Source of the DNA: an uncultured Phycisphaerales bacterium | GTDB taxonomy: Bacteria; Planctomycetota; Phycisphaerae; Tepidisphaerales; Tepidisphaeraceae | Assembly (NCBI GenBank): GCA_963844715.1 | Contig: CAWJPJ010000006.1 | Location: forward strand, 160,001-224,000 | DNA length: 64,000 nt | Reading direction: 5' to 3' | Part shown: positions 28,460 through 40,524 of the stretch, piece by piece | Position numbering within the stretch: position 1 is the stretch's first letter | Layout: each line of letters begins with the position of its first letter | The notes under the pieces: model-generated | Told to the model about the DNA's origin: nothing | Database searches by the model: none | Seen by the model: only the letters and a program-made list of their open reading frames with translations | Position numbers and translations under genes: made by a program

Positions 28460-30043
28460 TTGTATTTCTTTGCACCGTCGATCGTGTCGGGGCGAATATC
28501 TCTAACGGTTTCGATTTTCATTTGCGCGATCGATCCGCCGACGGCGGGGACGCCTTTGGCTTCGATGTTGATGAAAGTGCGGCCGGGCGTCCAGCCAGCT
28601 AATAGTGCCGGGCCATCCACCGGGGCGTTTTGCCCGATGAGGAACAGGTGGCCGTTGTATTGGTTCAATTTCGCTAACAGCGATGCGCCCGCGCGATGGT
28701 CGAGTATCAGAATCGGCCGGGAATATCGGTGGTAGTGAGCCAAATCCAGTATCCAAAGGCACGGCGGGATTTGGCCGGGCGAATAGAAGACCAGGAGATC
28801 AGACGGCCCGGCCATGGAGTCAATTTTGCCTGCGAAATATCGAAAGTCCTCCTTCGATCGCGGTCCCATCTGATATTGGGCCGCCGCTGAAACGGCCAAA
28901 CTGAAGAGCACGCAGACCGGCACGCACCATTTCCAAAATCTCGAAATGGAATCCGCCAATGCCAACGGCGCAACGGCTAGCGCAGATGGCCGGGGCTGCC
29001 ATCGACGTATAGCGCTGCCAATTCACCATCGAAGTGTGCCTCGCGATGTCCATCGCCACAACCCCCGCGATCGCCGCGACGACTTGGAACCAAAAGAGCA
29101 TGAGCACGTGCTTCCGCCGAATCGCCAGCAAGGGAACCACTAAAACGAGTACCGCGACGAACCCGACGGTCAAAACCGTCATGGGATCGAGCTTGCCGTA
29201 CAAATGCACGGCCACGATCTGTATCGCGTGCCAAAGATGATGCAGGGCATCTTCGCCATCGACAGCCCATGGAACGCCACCCGGCGCAGTCAGTGCATCG
29301 CGCTGCCCAAACTCAATCAAAAACCATTTGCCCCAAACAAGGGCGAAAAAGAGCACCGCTGCAAAAATCGCCCCCACGCTTGCGGCTCGTCGACGGCCCC
29401 GCATGAAAACCAATGCATACGCGCCAATACCAGCCAGCGTAAAAAAGCAGAAATAATGGGAGAGCAGCTCGAGACTCGCCGCCGCCCAGAGCTGAAATAC
29501 TCGTCCCGGTGAAACGCCACGCTGTTCGATGCGCACCAAAGCATGGGTCGCCAACAAAATCGCGACAAAGTTAATGGTATAATTCCGAGCATCCTGACTC
29601 AGATCAATTTGCGACCAGGCCAGCGCGCAAGCCGCCGCCGCAAACAGCCCCGCGGCGCCCCCCGAAATTCGGCGAACGATATCAAACATCACCACAATGG
29701 CGGTCAGCGAAAAGACAACGGACAGCGATCGAATCGCAAAATCGCTCTGGCCGAACAGATCAATCCACCATCTCAGTAAAAGAAAATAAAGCGGCGGGTG
29801 AGTCGTGCCATCCATGCTCGTCCAGACGTGCCATGCGGCCGGCGCATTCTCGAATAACACCTCCGGCGGGGGATCAAGAATGCGGTCGACAGGCAACACC
29901 GCATCGCGCCCCGTCGCCAATGAGAGCGACCAGAGTTCGTCCAGTGTGTCCCCTTCGTGCGCGATCTTGTGGAAGCGCAGACCTGCCGCCACAAAAAGGA
30001 TGAACGCCAGAACACCAAAGTGACGAATCCAGGATCGCGGCAT
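28456..30043 (-). CDS. GT39-like membrane glycosyltransferase, frameshift near 28975
   Basis: LDE..S, HPPLY, R.LSV, SQDARNY and SHYF motifs. Confidence 0.85.
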
Positions 30044-30143
30044 GAAAGGGATTTCCGCCTGTCGCCTGTGGAATCTATATGAAAAGCCGGAGGGAAGAAA
30101 ATGCCATGCTAACGATATTTGCATTAGAATCGCGCTGTCGAGT

Positions 30144-31634
30144 ATGAATCAAGCGCCAGTTATCTCACCCTATGACTTGGTTCCCTATAGCGGAGCCGCG
30201 TATTCGGCGACCCATCCAAACCGCCTCGCCGCCGTCGCGACACTCCTGGGGATGACTCCGGCCTCGCCCGAGACCTCCCGGGTATTGGAACTGGGGTGCG
30301 CATCCGGGGAAAACCTGATTCCGATGGCGGAGCAATTTCCGGGCGGCGAATTCGTCGGGATCGACAATTCAGCGGTCCAGATTGAAGCCGGTAAAGCCGT
30401 CGCCTCGCGCCTGGGGATCGGGAATGTCCGCCTGGAGCGGCGCGACATCATGGAGGTGGGCCCGGAATTCGGAAAATTCGATTACATCATCGCGCACGGG
30501 ATCTATTCGTGGGTTCCTCCCCAGGTCAGAGCGAAGGTCCTCGAGATTCTCGCCCAGAATCTGGCCCCGCAAGGGGTCGGATTTGTCAGCTACAACGCGC
30601 TTCCGGGGAGCTACCTTCGCCGGATTCTGCGCGATGCGATGAATTATCACGCGGGAGACGAAGATACGCCCGACCGGCAATTGCGCGAGAGCCTGGCGTT
30701 TGTGGATTTTCTCGTGCAATCACTGCCCAAGGATCATCCGTTCGGCGACTGGCTGCGCAAGTCGCAACAATCGCTGCATACCAGTGAGGGATCGAATGTT
30801 CTGCATGATGACCTCGAGGCGCACAACGAGCCGATCTATCTGTACGAATTCGTCGACCGGGCGGCGGCCCAGGGATTGAAATATGTTGCCGACGCGCATT
30901 TCGGCTCCATCTCGCTATCCCGATTTCCGGCGGAAATGGTGCGGTCGCTAAAGGCGATGACCTCCGACCGGGTTCGAACCGATCAATACCTCGACTTCGT
31001 CACAAACCGCTCCTTTCGCCAGACCCTGTTGTGTCATGCGAATGTGACGCTCGAGCCGGAGCCATCGTGGCGGCGGATTCTCTCTCTCCGCGTCGCATGC
31101 AGGGCAACATTGCCCCAGCCAGTCGACATCCGCACCACCGAGCAGGCGGCCTTCAACCTTCCGGGAGGCATGGTTATGAAGACGCAGGTTCCTCTCGCAA
31201 AGGCCGCGCTGATGCACCTGGGCGAAATCTGGCCCGACTCAATCGGAATGAGCGAGTTGCTCGAATTGGCGCATCTCCGCGCCGGCTTTTCCGTCCCGGT
31301 CGCTAATGCCGATCCGGAATTCGATCTGCGCAGTTTGCTTCAAGCTCTTCTTTTTGGCTTTGAGGCCGGAAAAGTGGAATTCTCCGCCAGCCCGGTCCCC
31401 TGGGTTGCCCAAGTCTCGCAACGCCCGATGGCGACGCCCCTGGCCCGTTATCAGGCGGAAATCGGCAGCATGGTCACAAACCGCAAGCACGAAAGCGGGC
31501 ACATTACTCCAATCATGCGAAAATTGCTGCCCCTCCTTGACGGCAACCACGACCGCGCGGCATTGCCAGGCCAAACCGCGGAATTGGACGCAACCCTCCA
31601 GCAATTGGCGGAACATGCCCTGCTCATCGCGTGA
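30144..31634 (+). CDS. SAM methyltransferase with methyltransferase regulatory domain
   Basis: VLELGCASG, FDYIIAHGIYSWV, SYNALPG, QYLDF..NR.FRQTLL. Confidence 0.88.
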   Translation: MNQAPVISPYDLVPYSGAAYSATHPNRLAAVATLLGMTPASPETSRVLELGCASGENLIPMAEQFPGGEFVGIDNSAVQIEAGKAVASRLGIGNVRLERRDIMEVGPEFGKFDYIIAHGIYSWVPPQVRAKVLEILAQNLAPQGVGFVSYNALPGSYLRRILRDAMNYHAGDEDTPDRQLRESLAFVDFLVQSLPKDHPFGDWLRKSQQSLHTSEGSNVLHDDLEAHNEPIYLYEFVDRAAAQGLKYVADAHFGSISLSRFPAEMVRSLKAMTSDRVRTDQYLDFVTNRSFRQTLLCHANVTLEPEPSWRRILSLRVACRATLPQPVDIRTTEQAAFNLPGGMVMKTQVPLAKAALMHLGEIWPDSIGMSELLELAHLRAGFSVPVANADPEFDLRSLLQALLFGFEAGKVEFSASPVPWVAQVSQRPMATPLARYQAEIGSMVTNRKHESGHITPIMRKLLPLLDGNHDRAALPGQTAELDATLQQLAEHALLIA

Positions 31635-31767
31635 AATGAAGCCGACCCCGGTCGGTAAGTAGTCCCACTTAACCCTTTAGCCTATACTTTCCGATCTTCA
31701 AGTAGCGAGTGTTTCCGGATATGAGCACGACTTGTGAAAATCCGCCGGGGGGAATGACCGCGCCCTA

Positions 31768-33279
31768 TTGGGTCGCGGCCAGGGCGATCTCGACCGCCGC
31801 GCCGTCACCGGGGCTCTCATGCTGGTCATGGTGCTGGCCTCCATGGAGCAGACCGTCACCAGTACGGCTATGCCGACCATCATCGGGTCTCTCCACGGCC
31901 TGGAACATTATTCCTGGGTCGCCTCGATCTACCTTCTGGCCTGTACCGTCAGCATGCCTCTTTACGGGCGATTAGCCGACGCCCTCGGCCGCAAGCGCGT
32001 GATCCTCTTCGCCATCGGCCTGTTCGTCGCCTCTTCGTTGTTGGCCTCGACGGCGCGCTCGATGCCCGAACTCATTCTGTTCCGCGGCTTGATGGGCCTG
32101 GGCGCCGGCGGAATCATGCCCGTCGTCCTGACGATCATCGGCGATATCTTCACCATCGAGGAACGCGCCCGTGTCCAGGGCTTCTTCAGCGCCGTCTGGG
32201 GAACCAGCGCTCTGGCCGGTCCCGCACTCGGTTGGTTCCTCGTCACCACCCTCGGCTGGCGATCCGTCTTCTTCGTCAATCTGCCATTCGGTCTGATCGG
32301 CTGGCTAGTCCTCGCGCACTTCTATCGCGATCAGGAAAAGCCCCAGTCCGTAGGGCTCGATTTACCCGGTTTCGCGGGCTTGGCCATCGGATTTGGAACC
32401 CTTCTGACCCTCGTCTCCCGCCTCGGCCCCGGCGGGTGGCCCTGGACCGTCGCCATCGCCCTGGCCGCGATCACCACCATCGCTTTCATCTTTTATGCCC
32501 TGCACGAGCGAGGCTCGCGCGACCCTATTCTTCCCCTCGATTTGCTCCTGGATCGATCCATCGGCCCATCCCTGATCGGCAGCGGCTTGCTGGGCATCGG
32601 CTTCCTGAGCCTGGATACCTTTGTCCCCCTGTACGTCCAGGGCGGCCGAGGCGGCGGCGTTGGCGCGGCGGCTAGCGTCGTCTCGCCAGTCATGCTCACC
32701 TGGGCGCTCTCCGGCATCTTCTCCGCGCCCCTGGTTGTCATCTGGGGATTTCGCCGCACCTCGTGGCTTGGGTCGAGCCTGATTATCGTCGGATTCACGG
32801 GTTTGATCGCCTGCGCCATCACCGGCGCCAGCGGCGCGATTCTCGCCGCCGTGCTCGCGATCACCGGCTTCGGATTTGGGCCCTCCTCGATGGGTTATCT
32901 TCTGGCCGCGCAAAACGCCGTGCCTTGGCAGCGGCGTGGTATCGTGACCAGCAGCGTTCATTTCTGCCGAACCGCCGGCGGCGCGCTCGGCATCGGAATT
33001 CTCGGCGCCCTCTTCAACGTGATCACCGGCCCGAAGCTTCGCAACCTGCAAGCCGGCGGAATCAGCCCCGCATCGCTGCTCGATCCTCATACGCGCCAGC
33101 AGATTCCGCCCCAAATCCTGCATACCGCCGCGCAAACTATCGCCGGAGCGCTGTATTGGGTTTTCGCCGTCATGCTCGCGGTGGCGGTCGCCCAATTGAT
33201 CGTCACGTGCTGGATGCCGCGGCGCAAGGCCGACCGTCGCCCCACGGCGCTGGAAGCGGCCGAAGCGATCGTCGCATAG
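31768..33279 (+). CDS. MFS drug-efflux transporter (DHA2/MDR type)
   Basis: TAMPTI, YGRLAD..GRK, GP.LG and WRSVFFVNLP motifs. True start may be ATG 31721 with a frameshift. Confidence 0.92.
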   Translation: MGRGQGDLDRRAVTGALMLVMVLASMEQTVTSTAMPTIIGSLHGLEHYSWVASIYLLACTVSMPLYGRLADALGRKRVILFAIGLFVASSLLASTARSMPELILFRGLMGLGAGGIMPVVLTIIGDIFTIEERARVQGFFSAVWGTSALAGPALGWFLVTTLGWRSVFFVNLPFGLIGWLVLAHFYRDQEKPQSVGLDLPGFAGLAIGFGTLLTLVSRLGPGGWPWTVAIALAAITTIAFIFYALHERGSRDPILPLDLLLDRSIGPSLIGSGLLGIGFLSLDTFVPLYVQGGRGGGVGAAASVVSPVMLTWALSGIFSAPLVVIWGFRRTSWLGSSLIIVGFTGLIACAITGASGAILAAVLAITGFGFGPSSMGYLLAAQNAVPWQRRGIVTSSVHFCRTAGGALGIGILGALFNVITGPKLRNLQAGGISPASLLDPHTRQQIPPQILHTAAQTIAGALYWVFAVMLAVAVAQLIVTCWMPRRKADRRPTALEAAEAIVA

Positions 33280-33306
33280 ATTGCTTCAGAATCTCCATTC
33301 GCGAAT

Positions 33307-33597
33307 TCATCGAGGCAGCAAATGCATAATCGATGCGCGGAAATACCAAATCAGGATGCCGAGTACGACCCCGATAAAAAACAGAGGAAGCCGCCGTCGT
33401 CGCGATCTGAATCGCCCCGCGCGCGGGTTCGGTGCATTGGATTTCGCGGGATACCCGCTGGTGACATCCTCAACCCGATGAACCGACATCCCCGCCTGGG
33501 TCGCCTTCCGCTCGGCGGCGGCCTTGCTCTCGGCTTCAAATTCCAACGACATCCGAGCGTCCGTATCCCGATTCTGCCCGATGACGTGATATTTCAT
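33307..33597 (-). CDS. Small hypothetical protein with C-terminal TM
   Basis: 96 aa, 6 nt downstream of the TolC gene. Confidence 0.6.
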   Translation of the reverse strand: MKYHVIGQNRDTDARMSLEFEAESKAAAERKATQAGMSVHRVEDVTSGYPAKSNAPNPRAGRFRSRRRRLPLFFIGVVLGILIWYFRASIMHLLPR

Positions 33598-33603
33598 CGC
33601 AAA

Positions 33604-35355
33604 TTAATGCAGCAGCCCCTCGGGGTTGTCCTCGTTGTCCGCCTGCTCCATCAGCACGTTGTTGTATCGCAGCAGAGTCCCCTTGGCGTGCTCGAGCTGG
33701 GCCAGGGCGATATTGTAATTGGCGATCGCCTCCGCCTCCGCCTGCTGGGCTGAGGAGAGCCGCTCCTGCGTGTCCAGCTTCAACTGCACGAACTCGGGCG
33801 TCAGCGGCTCGTTGGCGTCTTCCCGCTCCTGGATCGCCTGCAAGGCCGCCTCGGCGCTGAAGCGCGCCTTGCGGTTTTCGCCGACCAAAATCCAGGTGGT
33901 TTCGACATTTCGAGCCCCTTGCGTCACGTCTACGGCCACCTGTTCGATGGCCGAATCATACTGCTCGATTGCCTGCTGCCGTTGCAGAAGCACGCGGCGA
34001 TAAATCGCCTTCCCCTCGCGATAGCCGATCGGGATGCTCAGTTTGAATCCCACGGTGTAATCGACGTGATGGAAATCGGCATTGCTGGAGATCGCCGCCC
34101 CTTCGCTTGAATCCGCTCCCTGCGGTCCGACCGAACCGACAAAATCCAACTCCGGCAGCAGATTGTTCTCCGCCACCGAAACCGTAACCGTCGCCGCCTG
34201 CACTTTCAGTTGCTGCTCGCCAAGCTCGAAGCGATTTTCCATCGCCGTCTTGATTTCATCATCGATGATAAAGTTCATCGGAACCTCGATCGGCGAATCC
34301 GCCGGCAGGATCACGATCGGCGACGTCACCGGAAACTGCGGATCGCTCATGAGCTGCTTAAGCTGATCCGACAAATCGCTGGCATGCGACTTGAACGACA
34401 CGAGCTGTCCGCGGCGGGATTCCAAAACCGTCTGCGCCTGGGCAACCTGCAATGAGCTGACGTCCAGCCCTTGTTTCATTCGCGTATTCAAAATCTGGTA
34501 GGTCGTCTCGGTTTGCTGAACCAGCGCCGTTTCGGTGCGAATGTCCTCCATCGTTTGCACGAGCTGCCAATACGCCTTTTCGATGTCCAGAGCGTTCTGT
34601 TCGACCGCCTTGCGGAATTCCAGAATGCTTTCCTGTTGCGTCAATCGGCTGATCGTGATCTGCGCCTGGTTGACGTCATATCCAAAATTCCGCAACAACG
34701 GCTGCGTCAATGAGAGCGTCAACTGGCTCGTATAAAACGGATTCAAAACCGTTGTCTGGGGATTAAACCAGTTGTAGGTATTGTCGTATTCAAGCTGGAT
34801 CTGTCCGCCGCTGTTCAGGTTCTGCTGAAGGCCGACTTGTCCCGATCCGGTCTGGGATTCGAACGAGTTGCTGGTAACCGGGAGCAAACCGCCCGAGAAG
34901 CTGTTGAATACCTGCCCGCCGGTCTCTTCATCCTTGGATTGCCACTGCGAATTGAGAAAGAAGCTCGGGTCGAAATGCGCCTGGGCTTCAACCGTTCGAG
35001 CGCCTTCGATCCCCGGCTGATATCCGGCAACCCGAACGTCGTGATTATTCAAAACCGCGCGGTGAATGATCTCCCTGAGGCTCATTCGCACGACGGTCTC
35101 GGCATCGAATCGCGCCATCGCTGTCGGATCGTGCGTCGAACCCGACGAAGCGCCGATCACTGGTGCCTGCCTGGTCGTCGGCAGAGGCACCAGTTGCGGA
35201 TTCAAGTCCTCCGAAGCGTCCATGCGCGTCCGAGGTCTGGAGCATTTTCGGATCGAATGGGCTGACGGGTTCCGCCCCGCATCCCCCCAATCCCCAGGTC
35301 AGCGCAAACTCCCCGTTACCATTCCCGCCAGCACAAGTATTCTGCGCACCATCAT
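33604..35355 (-). CDS. TolC-family outer membrane protein, N-terminal frameshifts
   Basis: LTQPLLRNFG, AYW.L and LLP.LDF OEP repeats; lipoprotein-like N-terminus. Confidence 0.88.
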
Positions 35356-35436
35356 GTTTCGCCCGGTTTGAATCCCTTCCGCCTGCGGCACGTCACAAAA
35401 ATTATGCCGTGACCGCGTGTTTTTACCGGGTGAGGC

Positions 35437-35965
35437 ATGACGACACAACCCATCCACCCAAATTACCCCAATTTTTATCTTCAGGCTCAAACTTTTGAAT
35501 CCGGGCCGTGCAGGAGTTGGCGCGGCTTATTTTCGTGATAAACTCCGAGGATGCCGCCGTCCGCAAAGCTTCAGCAGTACGCGATTCTGGATCGCGTCGC
35601 CCGCCGTCGGCGTCTGGCCGATCGAAGCCTATGAATTCGTGCACCTCGGCCTTGCCCACACGGTCAATTCCCTCTACGGCTCAAAATCCCCCCGCCCCGG
35701 CCCGCGCAGCCCCGCCACGTCTCCGGCCAGGAACTATGCTGGGGCCTGCGCAACTATGCGCACTCAGCGGTGGGGCATGCTTGCCCTGCCCGTCCTGAAC
35801 CGGTGGGACATCCGTACTACGCTCGATTTTGGCCGCATCGTCTTCAGCCTGGTCGAGCATGGCCTGCTTGCCGTCACGCCGGAGGACAATCTGGAGGATT
35901 TCCGCGGCGTTTACAACTTCAAATCCGCTCTCGGATCCGGATATTGCATTCGCCCCCAGATATGA
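35437..35965 (+). CDS. Minf_1886-type PVC conserved protein, frameshifted
   Basis: EAYEFV..GL, HVSGQELC.G and WG.LA..VL.RW.I.TT.DFG.IVF across frames. Confidence 0.75.
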
Positions 35966-36112
35966 GCCGCCCAAGGCCGGCCAAAGAGGCTGATTCGCGC
36001 ACGCACCGCCTTCCCCGTCTTCAAAACCCATTCGACGATTGCGCCCCCATCGCCGCTTGTTCTTCTGGCTCTGCGTCGCCTACGCCGTTTGGATCGCGGC
36101 CCTGGTTATTCT

Positions 36113-37794
36113 TTATTTTGTAACCGTATATCCATTGCGGCATCCATCGTCCGGTACCCGCCCGGGGGCGTCCGATCTGCCCAGCGCGCCCCGGTAGTCA
36201 AACGCATGAGCCGAAATGCAGAGGATCAATTCCCCAAGCACCGTCCACAGCCGAAGCAGTACGCTTAGAAACGATAGAAATAATTTGAACGCCCCCTCGG
36301 TATGGAATTCGTGATGGATCGATTCTGGCAGTGCGAATTTCAACGTAGCCACGAAGACGATCTCGCGCACCCCGATTCCCCCCGGCGCCCATACTGCGAG
36401 AAATCCCGCGCACCAAGCAAGGCAGTAAGCCGAGACAACAAGAACAATCCCGTCAAATCCGATATTCAGCGCGTTCGGCTGGCACATGAGAATCCAAATC
36501 GCCAAACCCTGCCAGCAAAGTCCCAGCAGCGACCACCCCAACAATCCGACGAGTCCCGGGCCGCTCACGCGCGATTCCAGCGGCGGCTTTTTTATCCACC
36601 GCAAAACGGTATTGATCACGCCGTAGAAAACCGGCGGATAAAGCAAAACCAGCAGCAGGGGGGCGAGCCCGCACGCCGCCCACAGCCAGGCATGGGTCGG
36701 CGAGTCGCCTTGCGCCGCGATTTCCGCCGCATACCACGGCAAACCGCCCAGCGCAATCAGCAGATTCGCCAGCAAGAAAATCGTCAATTCCAAAACCTGG
36801 CTCGCCGACGATGTCGCCCCGGAAATTCCGTACGGCCGCGCCAAGATAAGCCCGCCCGACCACCTGCCAGATCGCACCAGGCAGATACCGCGCTAATTCC
36901 GACGTAGACCAGATTCGCGTCGCCGTCGCCAGCGGGAGCTTATGCCCCATTGACTCGACGATTTTCCGCCACGAAACCACCCGGAAGACCAGCAGGAAAA
37001 TGCTGAACATCACCGACGCCAGCAAAAACCGCGGGAAACTCGTGTGCATCACCCGCTCATGCACATCCGGCCAGCGATGGATAATCGGCTTGAACATCCA
37101 GCCGAGAATCGCGGCCGTGATCACCGATCCGACGATCACCTTCCGTCGCCGCCGCCAGAACGAAACGGCGTCGCCAATCCCTGGCCGGCTGATCTGCAGG
37201 ATTCCCTCACTCCCGTCCGCCGAACGCGGCCCGCGATGCTTGGCTCGCGGCGGCAGGAGATTGATTCCATGACTCCGCAACCACGGCCGAATCCGCCGGC
37301 GAATCCCCGGCACAAAGCCGCATCCCGTAATTGATCGCCCGCAACACCCAATATGAACCCACCCAAGTCACCACCACGCCCACCAGGTACGCCGCCGCCA
37401 TCCCCGCAGCGCCGATAGTTCCTCGCCAGGGACAGAACCTGCGGCTGACGCGATTCGACCCAAGCCAGAATCGGAGGAAAAAACGGCGGGAGCAACACGC
37501 GCCAGTACCGTTCGCCACCAGCGCACTTGCACCGATTCGATTTGAACCGGAATCCCGCGCAATACCCGGCTGGTAAGACTTCGCTTCCCCGGCAGCGTAA
37601 CCAGCGCAAACCCAATCAAAAACATCGGCAAACCCAGCGGCCCCGGAAAAAGACCCGCCACCGGAACCGCCATCAAAATGAAAACCCAGCCAATGAGGTT
37701 CTTGATCAGGATCCAGGAATACGTGCGCAAAGAACGTGCCGATATCGACCGATCGGCCCCAAGCGCCCTGATGTGAGATGGGATTTTTGGACAC
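36113..37794 (-). CDS. Lysylphosphatidylglycerol-synthase TM-like membrane protein with PGP-motif N-terminus, several frameshifts
   Basis: PGPLG.P, SELARYLPG.IW and APGGIGVRE motifs pieced together across frames. Confidence 0.7.
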
Positions 37795-37806
37795 CAGGAA
37801 GGGATT

Positions 37807-38916
37807 CTAACCAACCGCGGCCCCGAATCGAGCATCGGACTTCCCCAGGAACCGCAAAGCAAGGTTTCTCAGGGCCGGCACCGCCTCGGCTGCCAGGACC
37901 GTGAACGCCGCCGCATCCGGATGAGAAATGAGAATCCCCATCAGCCGGCAAGCCGCGCCGGCACGCGCCACATCCCCGCGAGCCTGCGGCGAAGCACGTC
38001 CACATCCTCGCCCTGGCCCGAAAATTTCGCGTCGATCCATTCAGCCGCGCCACGCAGCGCTCCGCATTGCCAGCCCCATCCCCTCGCCGCCAATCGGCTC
38101 AAGGGCCGCCGCCGCATTCCCGACCGGAATGACATTGACCGGCCAGCGCTTCTCAACCCCAAATCGCGGCAGCGGCGACGCCAGCCAATCGCCAGTTCGC
38201 TTCGCCCCGCCAATCGTTTCTTCAACATCGGATTTTGCTTAATGACGTCGCCCATCAAGTATTCGAGATCTCCCCCATACGCCGCCGCCAACCGAGCCGG
38301 CACGCTGAAAGCCGCGTTCCATCCCCCATCTTCGACCGGCACCAGTCCCCCGTAGTGCCCATCGACGCCAAACAGCTCAATCGAATCGGCCGGTCCGTCC
38401 ACATCATAAAACGAAGCCTTAATTCCCAAGCTACCGGTGCGCCCCGTGGCTTTCCCGTCGGCGACAATCACACTGCCACATTCCAACTCGGTCACCCGAT
38501 TGGTCGCCAGATCGCGCACTTTCACCCGCGGCCGATCCCCGGATTCAACCCCCTCGCACCGGCAGGGCTGCAAAATGTCCGCTCCGGACTCCGCCGCGAT
38601 ATCCAATAATTCCCGATCCAATCTAAATCGCGATATGCCCCACATCGCGCGCGGAAGCGCCAGCTGCGCCGAATTCCCGTCCGGCGAATGCAGTATCGTC
38701 CGTTTCAAAACAGCCGGGCCGAGAGCTGCGATTCGTTCGCCGAGGCCAAGTTCCCGCAAAACGTCGATCCCCAGCGCACTCAAACATTCCCCGCAAACCT
38801 TTTGCGCGCGGAAACCGATGTTGCTCGATAAGAACCACATCCCGGCCGCGCCTCGCCAGATAAATGGCCGCAATGCTCCCCGCCGGACCGGCGCCGATGA
38901 TGATCACCTCGGGCAT
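37807..38916 (-). CDS. FAD-dependent oxidoreductase (geranylgeranyl reductase-like), frameshifted
   Basis: IIGAGPAG, KVCGE, R..LD, VADG and GNAA...EP..GEGM motifs. Confidence 0.82.
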
Positions 38917-38934
38917 GAGACGATTGTAGGGCGA

Positions 38935-40463
38935 TTACTTCCCGGCAGTAGCGATTCCGCCGCTCACTTCCGGATTCCATCCGTCTCCCAGCACCCAACC
39001 GGGATCGCTGTATTGCTTGATCGTGGCTGAATCCGCCGGCTCCCGCAGCACCTTCGACACCGCCAGCCGCTGGCTTTCGTCGATGGGATTGCCGGATTCA
39101 TCTTGGCTGTCAAATTCCCAAAAATGAAGATTCGCCACATTCGCCGCCGTAAGCGGCGGGGGGGTGGCGCGGGATGAATCGTCGTCTTCGGGGGGCTCAG
39201 CAGATATCCCACCGGCAAAACCGTCTTGCCCATCGTGCAATCCAGAAACGCTACTTCGCTATAAGGATACGCCCGCGGATCGACACGCGTCAGATAGCTC
39301 GGCGTGACGTCATTCGGCCCATCCAGCAGGCAATGATGGAACACAAAGCCGTGATTGAATTGCGTGTTTCGCACCTGCGTGTAATACGCCAGATTTCGAG
39401 TCTCCCGAAGATGGCAGTTCTGGAAATAGCAGGGCCCGATGCCCCACACGAAATCCACGTCTCCCTCGATGTAGCAATTCGAGATGTACGCCTGCCCGTT
39501 CGCCTGAAGCGTGTCTTTGGTGCTATAAAGGTCGAGGTCCGTCAGAATCGCGCGAGCCGTCACGCTTCCGACAAGAATAACCGTCTCCGCCTGCGAGCCT
39601 CCGCGCAGGCGTGGTGTTCCGTATCGTCAAATTGGACAAATGGAAATCGTCGCAATGCGCTGCCGTCAGAACCCCCCGGCGATAGTCCTTCATGTCCGGC
39701 TTTTGCGACATCCTGTCGTTGTTCAAATAGGTCAGAATCGTCTGCTTGCGATCCTCCCCCCGGATCGTGATCGCGTGCTTCTTGGAGATGCAAATGATCC
39801 CCGTGTAGGTTCCCTTTCTCACCAAGATCGTCGTTGGAATTCGGTTCTTCGCCGGAATGAAATCCACGGCCCCCTGCACCGTGCAAAAATCCCCCGATCC
39901 GTCCGCCGCCACGACCAGCTTCGTCGTCCCCGCCGCCGGTCCGGCGGCGCCGCGTATCGAAAGACCAATCCTTCGCGCCGAAAATCCCGCCCAGTCATTG
40001 GCACTTTTGAAAACGCCCGGATCAATCGTGAGGTAATAGCTCTTTCCGTAACTCAGGCTCTGGTTCCGCGGATAGACGTCCGCTTCATTCCCGCTAATGA
40101 TGACCGGGAAATACGTGAATCGATCCATCCCGCCGATCGACTGAATAGCCGTTTTCTGGCTTACGTCGATCGTCTCGACGACCTGATTCGTCGAGGCGTC
40201 GAAAATCTGAATCTTCCCCCATCCCCTAGAACAGGCGGGGATGAAAACGTGATCGTCAGCGGCGAATCGATGCATACCCCCATCGCGCCCGCCGCGGGGG
40301 ACAGACCGATCAAAGTCAGGTCACTAGGCCGCGTTTGCCCAAACAGCGCGGTCCCCGCGCCATTTAAGACAATCAAAAAAGCCAAAAGAATTAGTAGTTT
40401 TGGTAGGTCAGACTTGCGTTGAACGTAGTGAACCTTCGGGCCGCTTACGAGCGGTCTGGCCAT
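38935..40463 (-). CDS. Secreted pectinesterase-family protein with N-terminal Ig-like domain, frameshifted
   Basis: VAADGSGDFCTVQGAVD, DTL, YIEGDVDFVWG. Confidence 0.85.
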
Positions 40464-40524
40464 AACGGTCAACTCCAACCGCTATCTTACCCTAAACCTG
40501 CGAATCGGCCAAACCTGGTGCAAT